In this document: piece after piece, positions 44,334 through 54,280 of the stretch
Layout: the number at the start of each line of letters is the position of its first letter
How positions within the stretch are numbered: the stretch's first letter is position 1
NCBI GenBank assembly: GCA_023245155.1
Contig: JAHFKV010000001.1
Location: 331,034-395,033, forward strand
Reading direction: 5' to 3'
Source of the DNA: Candidatus Staskawiczbacteria bacterium
Lineage (GTDB): Bacteria; Patescibacteriota; Minisyncoccia; Minisyncoccales; Staskawiczbacteraceae
DNA: 64,000 nt
Notes under the pieces: model-generated
The model's database searches: none
What the model was told of the DNA's origin: nothing
Seen by the model: the letters and a program-made list of their open reading frames with translations, nothing else
Translations under genes and position numbers: made by a program

Positions 44334-45071
44334 ATGGAAATAATTCCCGCTTTAAAGCAACTGGGTTTTTCAGAAAAAGAAGTTGCTGTATATATGACAC
44401 TTTCAGAGAATGGCCCTTCTTCGGTGCGGGCGTTGGCCAACGCCAGCAATATTAATCGGGGAACCACCTACGACATTTTAAAGTCCCTGCAAGCAAGAGG
44501 GTTAGTGAGTTATTACCATAAAAGTACCAGGCAATTTTTTGCCGCCGAAGATCCAGGTGCCTTAGATAATGCTTTGCAAGAAAATTTGGATAAGTTGGGA
44601 GAGGTAAAAAAACACTTAACCCACATTGTGCCGGAATTACGATCGCTGTTAAGCCGGGCCGGCAAACCGGTAGTAAAATATTATGATGGTTCTGCCGGGG
44701 TAAAAACCGTGCTGGGAGATGTGTTGGAAACTACTAGTCAGGCCAAAGAAAAATTGTACTATGTATTTTCTTCAGCGGCTATCCGCGAATATTTGTACAA
44801 AGCTTTCCCTGATTTTACCAAGCGGCGCATTGCTAAAAAAATCCGTGTCAGGGTTATCGCCCTCGGTCACGAGGGGACTCCCGCTGCTCTTTCCGAAAAG
44901 AAATCACTGGGCGGGCAAAAGAGTTCCCCAACCTACATTTTGCTGTATGCGGGTAAGGTGGCCATGATTTCGGTAAATGCTTATCATCAGCCTATCTCTC
45001 TCATCATTGAAGATGGGGCGCTGTTTTCCACTCAACAGCAACTGTTCAATTTTATGTGGGACAATCTTTAA
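44334..45071 (+). CDS. TrmB-family transcriptional regulator
   Basis: N-terminal wHTH LGFSEKEVAVYMTLSENGPSSVRALANASNINRGTTYDILKSLQARGLV. Confidence 0.8.
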   Translation: MEIIPALKQLGFSEKEVAVYMTLSENGPSSVRALANASNINRGTTYDILKSLQARGLVSYYHKSTRQFFAAEDPGALDNALQENLDKLGEVKKHLTHIVPELRSLLSRAGKPVVKYYDGSAGVKTVLGDVLETTSQAKEKLYYVFSSAAIREYLYKAFPDFTKRRIAKKIRVRVIALGHEGTPAALSEKKSLGGQKSSPTYILLYAGKVAMISVNAYHQPISLIIEDGALFSTQQQLFNFMWDNL

Positions 45072-45073
45072 CC

Positions 45074-46900
45074 ATGTGTGGCATTATGGGATACATCGGC
45101 AAAGAACAAGCCTTACCCCTTCTGATTGAGGGGTTACGCCGGCATAGCTACCGAGGGTACGATTCAAGCGGCGTAGCTGTTTTTGATGGCAATCAAGTTT
45201 CTTTGGTAAGAGCAACCGGCAAATTAGAACAATTAGAGCAAATGCTTGTCCGGCACCCGTTACCAGGCAGTGTTGGTCTGGGCCATACGCGCTGGGCAAC
45301 TCATGGTGGAATCAATGAAACAAACGCCCATCCTCATGCCGATTGTAAACAAAATATTTTTGTCATCCATAACGGTATTTTTGAAAATTATCAAATACTA
45401 AAAGAAAAGTTGCAGGCCCAAGGACACGTATTCGCTTCTGAAACCGACACCGAAGTTTTAAGTCATTTGATCGAACATTTTTTTAAAGGAAATTTGGAAA
45501 ATGCGGTCCGCCAGGCACTGGTATTAATGAAGGGGGCGTATGGGGTGGTGGTATTTGCCAAACAAGACCCAGATAAAATTATTGCCGCCCGGCTTTCTGC
45601 GCCTTTGGTGGTGTGTATGAGCGATGCCGGAGGATTTGTGGCTTCAGATCCAGCCGGGATTCTCTCTCATTCAAATAAAATGGTTTTTTTAGACGATGGA
45701 GAAGTGGCAGTTATCACTAAAGATAGCTTTACGGTAACCGACTTGAAAAACAACCCGAAAGAAAAAACGGTTACGGAAATTGATTGGACGCTGCAAGAAG
45801 CCCAAAAAGGAGGATATGCCCATTTTATGTTGAAAGAAATCATGGAACAGCCAGAAAGTTTAACCAACGCGTTGCGTGGCAGGTTAATGATTGGCGAGGG
45901 TATGGCAAAACTTGGGGGATTGGAAGAATTAAAAAAACAACTGAAAGATGTAAACCGTATCCAGATTATTGCTTGTGGTGGAGCTTCGTATGCGGGAAAA
46001 TTTGGAGAATATATCATTGAAGAGTTGGCCGGTATTCCGGTGCATGCCGATATCGGTTCTGAATTTCGGTATCGTAATCCCGTTTTTGACAAGCACACTC
46101 TTTCCATTTTTATTTCCCAATCTGGCGAAACCGCCGACACGCTGGCCGCATTGCACGAGGCCAAGGAAAGGGGCGGACTGACCATTGGGATTGTGAATGT
46201 AGTTGGTTCAACTTTGGCGCGCGAGGTGGGTTTTGGGGTGTATAATCACTCGGGGCCCGAAGTGGCGGTGGCTTCAACCAAGGCTTTCACTTCTCAGCTG
46301 GCAGTTTTAGTCTTGATTGGTTTATTTTTGGGGCGCCAGCGTCAGCTTTCAATTGCTTCTGGTCAGCAAATTGCCAGAGAGCTTAATGCTATTCCCGGGT
46401 TAGTGAAGCGTATTTTAGAGAAATGTTCTGAAATTGAGATTCTGGCCAAGAAATATAAAGATGTTAATGACTTTTGGTGTATTGGGCGCAAATATAATTA
46501 TCCCATTGCCTGGGAGGGGGCGCTAAAACTAAAAGAAATTTGTTATATTAATGCCAATGGAATTGCCGCGGGAGAATTAAAACATGGCCCCATTGCTTTA
46601 ATTAATGAACAGTTTCCAACGATTGCCATTTGTCCTTCAGATTCAGTATATGATAAGATGATTTCAAACATTGCGCAGATAAAGGCCAGAAATGGAAAAG
46701 TTATTGCCATTGCTACCGAGGGCAATGAAGATATCAAACGTATCGCAGACGATGTAATTTATATTCCCAAGACTCTTGAAATGCTCACCCCGATTTTATC
46801 CACGGTGCCACTACAACTGCTTGCATACTATATATCAGTGCAGCGTGGCCATGACGTAGATAAGCCAAGAAATTTGGCCAAAAGCGTAACAGTAGAATAA
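45074..46900 (+). CDS. glmS: Glutamine--fructose-6-phosphate aminotransferase
   Basis: MCGIMGYIG N-terminal nucleophile, two SIS domains (SQSGETADT), C-terminal KSVTVE. Confidence 0.95.
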   Translation: MCGIMGYIGKEQALPLLIEGLRRHSYRGYDSSGVAVFDGNQVSLVRATGKLEQLEQMLVRHPLPGSVGLGHTRWATHGGINETNAHPHADCKQNIFVIHNGIFENYQILKEKLQAQGHVFASETDTEVLSHLIEHFFKGNLENAVRQALVLMKGAYGVVVFAKQDPDKIIAARLSAPLVVCMSDAGGFVASDPAGILSHSNKMVFLDDGEVAVITKDSFTVTDLKNNPKEKTVTEIDWTLQEAQKGGYAHFMLKEIMEQPESLTNALRGRLMIGEGMAKLGGLEELKKQLKDVNRIQIIACGGASYAGKFGEYIIEELAGIPVHADIGSEFRYRNPVFDKHTLSIFISQSGETADTLAALHEAKERGGLTIGIVNVVGSTLAREVGFGVYNHSGPEVAVASTKAFTSQLAVLVLIGLFLGRQRQLSIASGQQIARELNAIPGLVKRILEKCSEIEILAKKYKDVNDFWCIGRKYNYPIAWEGALKLKEICYINANGIAAGELKHGPIALINEQFPTIAICPSDSVYDKMISNIAQIKARNGKVIAIATEGNEDIKRIADDVIYIPKTLEMLTPILSTVPLQLLAYYISVQRGHDVDKPRNLAKSVTVE

Positions 46901-46908
46901 AAATTTCA

Positions 46909-47694
46909 ATGCCAAACTATCAAAAAATCGCCAACGAGGCGCGCAAGCGGGTTTTACTCATGGTGCACAAAGGCCAAACCAGTCATATTGGGTCCAACTT
47001 TTCTTGCATGGATATTTTGGCGGTTTTGTTTTCTAAATTACATGTTGATAAAGATTTAAAGGCTGATCGCGATAGATTTGTTTTATCAAAAGGTTGGGTG
47101 GCCGCCGCATTGTACTATTTTTTGGCAGAGAAGGGGATTATTCCCAAAGAAGATTTAGAAGAATTCGGCAAAGAAGGGTCAAAATATATTGGGCTTTCAG
47201 AACCGGAAGTGCGCGGCGTTGAAGTAGCCGGTGGGGCGATGGGCCATGGGCTGCCCATTGCCGTTGGCATGGCTATTGCGGCCCAGCGCGGAGGCGAAGC
47301 GTGGAAAACGTATGTGTTAATGAGTGATGGGGAATTGGATTGCGGCACCACGTGGGAATCTGCCCTTTTGGCCGCCCAGCAAAAACTGAATAATCTTACG
47401 GTTATTGTAGACTATAATGGATTTCAAGCTATGGGTATGAAAAAAGAGGTATTGGACATGGAACCACTGGCTGAAAAATGGCGGGCATTTAATTGGGATG
47501 TGGCGGAAATTGACGGACATGATTATGCGGCTATTGAAAAAGCTTTGAATATGCCGCATAAAAACCCGTTAATGATTATTGCCAAAACAACTAAGGGAAA
47601 GGGAGTGAGTTTTTTTGAGGGGAAGTTAGAATGGCATTACAAGACAATTGACGAAGAAAATTATAAAGCCGCTTTGGCACAGCTAAATAAATGA
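46909..47694 (+). CDS. Transketolase, N-terminal (TPP-binding) subunit
   Basis: GHIGSNFSCMDIL, GAMGHGLP, and MSDGELDCGTTWE, which corresponds to the GDGxxxEG motif. Confidence 0.85.
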   Translation: MPNYQKIANEARKRVLLMVHKGQTSHIGSNFSCMDILAVLFSKLHVDKDLKADRDRFVLSKGWVAAALYYFLAEKGIIPKEDLEEFGKEGSKYIGLSEPEVRGVEVAGGAMGHGLPIAVGMAIAAQRGGEAWKTYVLMSDGELDCGTTWESALLAAQQKLNNLTVIVDYNGFQAMGMKKEVLDMEPLAEKWRAFNWDVAEIDGHDYAAIEKALNMPHKNPLMIIAKTTKGKGVSFFEGKLEWHYKTIDEENYKAALAQLNK

Positions 47695-48251
47695 AAGACG
47701 AACAAACATCAATTCCGGGATTTACCAATGGCCTGCCGGGTGAAGTAGCCAAAGAAAAAACGGCTCGCAACGCCCGCGGAGTTTTTATGGAAACCTTGGA
47801 AGAACTGGTAAAAAAAGACCCAAAAATTATTTTGATAGTGGGGGATGTGGGGTTTTCATATATGGCGGAATTTGCAAAAAAATATCCCAAGCAATATCTT
47901 AATACGGGTGTCATGGAACAAACGTTTATGGGAGTAGCCGCGGGGCTGGCGCAATCGGGTTGGAAGCCGTATGTGTATTCCATGGTACCTTTTGTGATGA
48001 TGCGAAATTATGAGCAGCTGCGAAACGACGTGTGCTACGCCAACGCCAATGTAAAACTCATCGGGGCGGTGGGGAATGTCCATTACCGTTTCCAGGGTAT
48101 GAGCCACAACTTGCTGGGCGCAGAAAACGAAGAAGATTTACTAAAAAACTTGCCGAATATTAAACGTTTTTATCCCGAAAACACCGATCAGGTACGTCAA
48201 ATAGTTTTGGAAACCTATAAAAATCCAGGGCCGGTATTTATACGGTTATGA
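47691..48251 (+). CDS. Transketolase pyrimidine-binding subunit, short (186 aa)
   Basis: VGDVGFSYM, NTGVMEQTFMGVAAGLA. It ends soon after the Pyr domain, and I see no recognisable C-terminal domain. Confidence 0.7.
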   Translation: MKDEQTSIPGFTNGLPGEVAKEKTARNARGVFMETLEELVKKDPKIILIVGDVGFSYMAEFAKKYPKQYLNTGVMEQTFMGVAAGLAQSGWKPYVYSMVPFVMMRNYEQLRNDVCYANANVKLIGAVGNVHYRFQGMSHNLLGAENEEDLLKNLPNIKRFYPENTDQVRQIVLETYKNPGPVFIRL

Positions 48252-48670
48252 TTATTCGCAATTTAGAAAAAACAGATGCGTTAGCAGTGGCTCTTTTGAT
48301 TCCGCAGTTAACAAAAAATATTGTTGAACCCGAAAATTTAGTGGCGCGGCTTGAGAATTTGGCCAGCCAGCCAAACTGCCAATACTTGGTGACTTTGGAA
48401 GAAACAACCGTGGTGGGGTTTGGCGGCTTGGCCTGGTATCCGATTCCTTCCAAGGGAACGATTGCCTGGTTAGAAGAAATTGTGGTTGATGAAAAGTTTC
48501 GCGGGCGGGGCATCGCTAAAGCTTTAATTGGTCGTTTGCTGGAAATTGCCGAACAAAAAAATATCAAAACGATTAAACTGACTTCTATCAATAGCGTTAC
48601 CAATAATTTGTATGAAAAATTCGGCTTCGTGCAAAAAGACCACCAATATTTTGTAATGAAAAAATCATGA
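48248..48670 (+). CDS. GNAT N-acetyltransferase
   Basis: Acetyl-CoA motif VDEKFRGRGIAKALI. Confidence 0.8.
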   Translation: MIIRNLEKTDALAVALLIPQLTKNIVEPENLVARLENLASQPNCQYLVTLEETTVVGFGGLAWYPIPSKGTIAWLEEIVVDEKFRGRGIAKALIGRLLEIAEQKNIKTIKLTSINSVTNNLYEKFGFVQKDHQYFVMKKS

Positions 48671-49257
48671 TAGAAGTTGAGAAAAAGTTTATCCTAACCA
48701 AAGATCAAGAAAAAGCCCTCATCGAAGGCGCGGAGTTTTTAGGTGAAAAGAAGTTTACCGATACGTATTATGACGACGTGCATTATATTTTGACAGGGCA
48801 AGATTTGTGGCTCCGCAGCCGCGATGGAAAATTTGAGTTGAAAGTGCCGATGAACCAAAAATTGAAAGAACGGGTTTCTGACCAATATAAAGAATTGGAA
48901 GAAGAGCGTTATATTTTAGAATATTTTCAAGCGCCAGTTGGCCAACTATTTGCCGATTTTATGACCAAGAATGCATTTAATCCGTTTTGTACCATTACCA
49001 CCACCCGCAAAAAGTATAGAAAAGATGGATTTGGGATAGATTTGGATATTACTGATTTTGGATTCACGGTTGCCGAAATAGAATTAATGGCTAAAAATTC
49101 GTCAACCATGGAAGAAGCAACCAATGCCATTCTTGCTTTTGCAAAAAAGCACAAGATTGAGGCCATGGGCGCCCCCTGGGGAAAGGTAATTGAATTTTTA
49201 CGTTTAAACAAACCCGAGCATTTCGAAAGACTTAAGGCACTTTGGATTATTAAGTAA
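48667..49257 (+). CDS. CYTH domain protein (ThTPase-like)
   Basis: N-terminal IEVEKKF (ExExK), LRSRDG, FELKVP, VAEIELM. Confidence 0.75.
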   Translation: MIEVEKKFILTKDQEKALIEGAEFLGEKKFTDTYYDDVHYILTGQDLWLRSRDGKFELKVPMNQKLKERVSDQYKELEEERYILEYFQAPVGQLFADFMTKNAFNPFCTITTTRKKYRKDGFGIDLDITDFGFTVAEIELMAKNSSTMEEATNAILAFAKKHKIEAMGAPWGKVIEFLRLNKPEHFERLKALWIIK

Positions 49258-49261
49258 AAAT

Positions 49262-51013
49262 ATGCTAAACGTTATTCTTCCTCATATCAAAAAAAACAAA
49301 AAAGTTATTTTTCTGGCTTTTGGTACGGTGTTTTTGCAACAGATTTTTTCCTTGATTGATCCACAAATCTTCCGGTTTATTATCGATAACTATGTTACAA
49401 AATTCAATGTGCTGAGTTGGAACACCTTTTTATACGGTACCTTGGGCTTGTTGCTTTTGAGCATGCTCATAGCCCTGGCCGCCCGTATTTCAAAACATCT
49501 GCAAAACTATTATGTTTCTGCCACCAGCCAGAAAATGGGAGCTGGGATTTACGCCCAGAGCATTTCCCATGTGTTGCATTTGCCCTATGAAATTTTTGAA
49601 GACGAGCGGAGCGGGGATTTGCTGGAAAAACTGCAAAAAGCCCGGATTGATTTGCAAAATTTTATTGTGGTGGCCATCAACATGGCTTTTGCACTTTTGG
49701 TGGGCATTGTGGTTGTGGTGGGTTATGGGTTTTATGTGCACCCCGCCATAGGCCTTGGATATTTATTGTTGATACCGGTGTTAACAGCGGTAAGTTTTTA
49801 CATGAGCCGCAGGATTAAAAAAGCTCAAAAACAAATTGTGGCTGAAACGGGAAATTTGGCCGGAGCCACCACCGAAACCTTGCGTAACATTGAACTGGTG
49901 AAAAGTTTGGGATTGGAATCCCGTGAGATTGAACGTTTGAATTACAGCAATGACCGGATTTTAGAATTGGAACTGAAAAAAGTGCGGACGATCCGGTATT
50001 TGGGTTTTATCCAGGACACCATTTTAAACACCCTGCGCAGCGGTATTTTGGTTATTTTGTTCTGGCTGGTGTGGAAGGGCACGGTTTCGGTGGGTAACTT
50101 TTTTACGTTATATATTTATTCGTTTTTCATTTTCAATCCGCTTTCAGATATTGGTACGGTGGCTTCAGGTTACAACGAAGCCAAAGCCGGACTGGAAATC
50201 GTGGAAAAAACGATAGCGAAAAAACAAGATAGAATAAACAATAACCAAAAAATAAAAATTAGCGCCATTGATCGGGTGGAATTTTCCAATGTGGATTTTG
50301 CTTACAAAGAATCCGGGCACCATGTGCTCACGGGCATTACATTTTCTGCCAAAAAAGGGGAGACCATTGCTTTCGTAGGTTCAACGGGCAGCGGTAAAAC
50401 TACTATTTTAAAATTAATGCTGGGGCTGTATCACCCCAAATCCGGCACCATCTCTATTAATGGAGTTGATGCCAAAGAAATTGATTATAGTGCGTTGCGT
50501 TCGCGGGTTGGCTATGTTTCTCAAGATACGCAATTGTTCACCGGTACCATCCGGGAAAATTTATTGTTTGTGAAGATTGATGCAACTGATAAAGAATGTA
50601 TGAAGGCCCTAGAATTAGCTTCGGCCCTGACTATTTTTGAAAAAGGCGGCAGGGGATTGGACACGAAGATTGGCGAAGGGGGATTAAAACTTTCTGGCGG
50701 GGAAAAACAGCGTTTGGCTATTGCCCGGGCGTTGCTGCGCAATCCGAATTTGCTGGTGTTTGACGAAGCCACCAGTAATTTGGATTTAATCACCGAAAAG
50801 TCGCTGAATGACACCATTAGAAACATTGTTTCTAAAAAGTCTGACTTGATTAGTATGATTGTTGCCCACCGGCTTTCCACGGTGGCCCATGCTGATAGGA
50901 TTTATGTGTTAGAAAACAGCCAGATTATTGAACAGGGCAGCCATCAGGAATTATTGGGAAACAAGGGGCTTTATTATGCCCTATGGAGAGAACAGGGCTA
51001 TTCGGGTAATTAG
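49262..51013 (+). CDS. ABC exporter, fused TMD-NBD
   Basis: A 6-TM domain, then GSTGSGKTT, LSGGEKQR, LLVFDEATS. Confidence 0.9.
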   Translation: MLNVILPHIKKNKKVIFLAFGTVFLQQIFSLIDPQIFRFIIDNYVTKFNVLSWNTFLYGTLGLLLLSMLIALAARISKHLQNYYVSATSQKMGAGIYAQSISHVLHLPYEIFEDERSGDLLEKLQKARIDLQNFIVVAINMAFALLVGIVVVVGYGFYVHPAIGLGYLLLIPVLTAVSFYMSRRIKKAQKQIVAETGNLAGATTETLRNIELVKSLGLESREIERLNYSNDRILELELKKVRTIRYLGFIQDTILNTLRSGILVILFWLVWKGTVSVGNFFTLYIYSFFIFNPLSDIGTVASGYNEAKAGLEIVEKTIAKKQDRINNNQKIKISAIDRVEFSNVDFAYKESGHHVLTGITFSAKKGETIAFVGSTGSGKTTILKLMLGLYHPKSGTISINGVDAKEIDYSALRSRVGYVSQDTQLFTGTIRENLLFVKIDATDKECMKALELASALTIFEKGGRGLDTKIGEGGLKLSGGEKQRLAIARALLRNPNLLVFDEATSNLDLITEKSLNDTIRNIVSKKSDLISMIVAHRLSTVAHADRIYVLENSQIIEQGSHQELLGNKGLYYALWREQGYSGN

Positions 51014-51014
51014 T

Positions 51015-51045
51015 GCGGCGTCCCGCCACGGCGGGACGCCGCTTT
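51015..51045 (+). terminator. GC-rich perfect hairpin, weak T tail
   Basis: GCGGCGTCCCGC / CACG / GCGGGACGCCGC followed by TTT. Confidence 0.5.
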
Positions 51046-51078
51046 GCACCCATAAAACTTTTGAGGTATAATGAACTC

Positions 51079-51333
51079 ATGGACATTCTAACCCTTTCGC
51101 AAATTATTTTTAATTTTACCGCAACGCTTGCAATTCTCATTGTGGGCGTACTGATAGGCATTATCGCGTTTGAAATACTGCAGTCTATCCGGGCTACTAA
51201 AAAACTGGCCCGTGACATTCAGCAACAATCGGCCCATTTGTACAGAAAAATAGACAGCTTTTTAGTAGGGATTGCCTCTCTTTCATTTATGTCAAAAATA
51301 TTTAAAAAAAATAAAAAAAATGGCAAAGAATAA
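51079..51333 (+). CDS. Small membrane protein
   Basis: I moved the start to the ATG at 51079 (MDILTLSQ). It has one TM helix followed by an amphipathic tail. Confidence 0.45.
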   Translation: MDILTLSQIIFNFTATLAILIVGVLIGIIAFEILQSIRATKKLARDIQQQSAHLYRKIDSFLVGIASLSFMSKIFKKNKKNGKE

Positions 51334-51640
51334 ATCTAAATTTGTGACGGGGGCAGTGGTGGCTCTGGCGGTAGGCGTGGCCGCAACCATATTTTTGAAT
51401 TCGAAAAAGGGTAAGAAATTGCAGAAGAATGTCAAAGAAGGCCTGGGAGATTTTTACAAAACCGTGGCTCCCAGATTAAAGAAGATGAAAAAAATCGGGC
51501 AGCAAGAATACAAAGCTTTCATGAAACAGGCCGCCCAACAGTATGGCAAAGCTAAGAAAATGGCCGGCCCTAAAATCGCAGAATTAGCGAAGGAGGCGCA
51601 AGATTCCTGGAATCATTTTTCCAAGCATCTGGCCAAATAA
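51320..51640 (+). CDS. YtxH-like small protein
   Basis: N-terminal helix GAVVALAVGVAATIFL, then a Lys-rich helical region. I moved the start to the ATG at 51320. Confidence 0.5.
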   Translation: MAKNKSKFVTGAVVALAVGVAATIFLNSKKGKKLQKNVKEGLGDFYKTVAPRLKKMKKIGQQEYKAFMKQAAQQYGKAKKMAGPKIAELAKEAQDSWNHFSKHLAK

Positions 51641-51642
51641 AC

Positions 51643-51672
51643 AAAAAATTCCACTTGAAAGTGGAATTTTTT
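51643..51672 (+). terminator. Intrinsic terminator
   Basis: AAAAAATTCCAC / TTGAAA / GTGGAATTTTTT. Confidence 0.85.
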
Positions 51673-51702
51673 GTTTTGGGGAAAAAGTGATATGATAACC
51701 CC

Positions 51703-53520
51703 ATGACTAAAATCATTTACCCAAAAGTTACGGTGCTGGATGTGTCCAAAGCTTTTTGGAATGGCATGAAGCCGCAAAAATGGAAATTATTTTTGATGGT
51801 TTTTGCTATCATTGCGATGAATATTGTCTATATCATTACGCCACTTTTTTATAAGCATTTTTTTGATGTCATTGTGGTGGGCGGAAACACTCCGTCTGTT
51901 GTCCAAAACCTTTTTCAAATTATCATATTCGTCGGGCTTTTGCACGGTTTTGCTTGGGCCTGTTCCCGTGTTTCTCATTTGGCCAATAATGTATACCAGC
52001 CTATGACGACGGCAAATTTGAAACAGCAGTCATACAATTATTTAATAGAACATTCGTATGGGTTTTTTACTAATAATTTTGTTGGGTCATTGGTTCAGCG
52101 CGTTAATCGTTTTGGAAGAGCCTTTGAACGACTTTCCGATAATATTATTTGGAATTTATTGCCGCTTATCGTTAGAGTTTTTGGCGTGTTGATAGTTTTA
52201 TTTTTTATTAACAAGTGGATTGATTTGGTTGTTTTAGTTTGGGTGGCTGTTTTTCTTGCTTTTAATATTACGTTTTCGCGCTGGAAATTAAAATATGACA
52301 TTCAGGCTGCTGCGGTGGACTCAAAAGCCACGGGGTACTTGGCCGATACTCTAACTAACCAAAATACCGTCACCCTTTTTAATGGTATTGTGCGAGAAAA
52401 ACAGGGATATAGAAAAGTGATTGGTGAGCAAGCTTCTTTGACACGTTTCAGGTGGAATTTAGACGCAACCATTGATGCGGTCCAAAACGCTCTGTCATTT
52501 GGTATTGAATTTGTTTTATTCTATTTTGCTATCAGGTATTGGAGCCTTGGTATTATTACTGTCGGTGTGTTTGTTTTACTTCAATCATATGCTGGTAATT
52601 TGATAGACCAATTATGGGGTTTTACCCGCATTGTGCGTGATGTCTACGAAGCCTACGCCGATGCCAAGGAAATGGTGGAAATCATGGTGTTGCCCCATGA
52701 AATCCAGGATGCGCCCAAAGCCAAAGACTTGAAATTTACCAACGGTGAAATTGAATTCAAGAATCTACAATTTGCCTTCAACGAAACACGCACCGTTTTA
52801 GAAAATATCAATGTAGTCATTAAGCCCGGGGAAAAAGTGGCACTCATTGGGCCCTCCGGCGCAGGCAAAACCACGTTTGTCAGATTATTATTAAGATTAT
52901 ATTCTGCCACGGCTGGTGAAATTTTAATTGATGGGCAGGATATTGCCAAAGTTACGCAAGCCAGCTTACGGAAAAATATTTCGCTGGTGCCACAAGATCC
53001 GGTGCTGTTCCACAGAACTTTATCTGATAATATTGGCTACGGAAAGCCTGGCGCATCACGTAAAGAAATTGAAAAAGCCGCTAAATTAGCCCATTGCGAT
53101 GAATTTATTAGGACTTTGCCGAATGGTTTGGAAACTTTGGTGGGGGAACGGGGAATTAAGCTTTCAGGCGGCGAGCGCCAGCGGGTGGCCATTGCCCGGG
53201 CTATTTTAAAAAACGCGCCAGTGCTAGTGCTTGACGAAGCCACCAGTAGCTTGGATTCTCATTCTGAAATGCTTATCCAAGACGCTCTTGCCACCCTTAT
53301 GGAAGGTAAAACCGTGATTGTGATTGCCCATCGCTTAAGCACCATCCAAAAAATGGACAGAATTATAGTGATTGATGAAGGTAAGATTATTGAAGAAGGC
53401 AACCATGCCGCACTGTTAGCCAATGAATCCAGTTTGTATAAAAAATTATGGACATTGCAAGCCGGCGGATTTTTGACGGAGGATGAAGATGGGGATGAAA
53501 AAGCGATTGAAGAAGAGTAG
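51703..53520 (+). CDS. ABC exporter, fused TMD-NBD
   Basis: GPSGAGKTT, LSGGERQR, VLVLDEATS. Acidic C-terminal tail. Confidence 0.9.
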   Translation: MTKIIYPKVTVLDVSKAFWNGMKPQKWKLFLMVFAIIAMNIVYIITPLFYKHFFDVIVVGGNTPSVVQNLFQIIIFVGLLHGFAWACSRVSHLANNVYQPMTTANLKQQSYNYLIEHSYGFFTNNFVGSLVQRVNRFGRAFERLSDNIIWNLLPLIVRVFGVLIVLFFINKWIDLVVLVWVAVFLAFNITFSRWKLKYDIQAAAVDSKATGYLADTLTNQNTVTLFNGIVREKQGYRKVIGEQASLTRFRWNLDATIDAVQNALSFGIEFVLFYFAIRYWSLGIITVGVFVLLQSYAGNLIDQLWGFTRIVRDVYEAYADAKEMVEIMVLPHEIQDAPKAKDLKFTNGEIEFKNLQFAFNETRTVLENINVVIKPGEKVALIGPSGAGKTTFVRLLLRLYSATAGEILIDGQDIAKVTQASLRKNISLVPQDPVLFHRTLSDNIGYGKPGASRKEIEKAAKLAHCDEFIRTLPNGLETLVGERGIKLSGGERQRVAIARAILKNAPVLVLDEATSSLDSHSEMLIQDALATLMEGKTVIVIAHRLSTIQKMDRIIVIDEGKIIEEGNHAALLANESSLYKKLWTLQAGGFLTEDEDGDEKAIEEE

Positions 53521-53548
53521 ATTTTATGCTAACGTGAGAGCATACAAT

Positions 53549-54280
53549 ATGATTATTTGGCCGTTAATTTTCTCTCTTTTTACCTTCGCCTCCACCTTCT
53601 TTGGGGGATTATTTGCCGTAAAGTTTAAAAGCAAACTCCATTATATTATGGCTTTTGCAGCGGGGGTATTGCTGGGTATTGTGGCCTTCGATATTTTCCC
53701 CGAAATCATGGAAATGGTAAAAACCTATGATTTTCCGGCTATTCATGTAATGTCCGCCCTGGTTATTGGATTTTTACTTTTCCACGTCTTAGAAAAAACC
53801 ATTTTGATTCACAGTCATCCTGAAGAGCATTTTCCCAGACACAAGCATCCGCACGTGGGGGTTTTCTCTGCTTTAGCCTTGGCAGGACACAGTTTTATGG
53901 ATGGCGTGGCTATCGGCCTGGGGTTCCAGGTTAATTCGGCAATTGGTATATTAATCGCCATTGCAGTTATTTCTCATGATTTTACTGATGGCATGAATAC
54001 GGTCAGCTTGATGCTTAACCACAAAAATACTGATAGAAAGGCAACCTTATTTTTATTCTTAACAGCCGCAACGCCGGTACTGGGAGTGCTATCAACCCTC
54101 TTTTTTGGCGTATCGGAATACTTTTTATTTTTATACCTGGGATTTTTCGCCGGTTTTCTGCTATACATCGGAGCCTCCGACATTTTGCCTGAAGCCCATT
54201 TTGAGCATAGTTCGTATAAGTTAATAGGGTTGACGGTTTTGGGCTCTTTGTTTATCTTTACGGTCACCCGCTTTATGTAA
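53549..54280 (+). CDS. ZIP-family metal transporter (ZupT-like)
   Basis: HSFMDGVAIG and SHDFTDGM motifs, about 8 TM helices. I moved the start to the ATG at 53549. Confidence 0.8.
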   Translation: MIIWPLIFSLFTFASTFFGGLFAVKFKSKLHYIMAFAAGVLLGIVAFDIFPEIMEMVKTYDFPAIHVMSALVIGFLLFHVLEKTILIHSHPEEHFPRHKHPHVGVFSALALAGHSFMDGVAIGLGFQVNSAIGILIAIAVISHDFTDGMNTVSLMLNHKNTDRKATLFLFLTAATPVLGVLSTLFFGVSEYFLFLYLGFFAGFLLYIGASDILPEAHFEHSSYKLIGLTVLGSLFIFTVTRFM

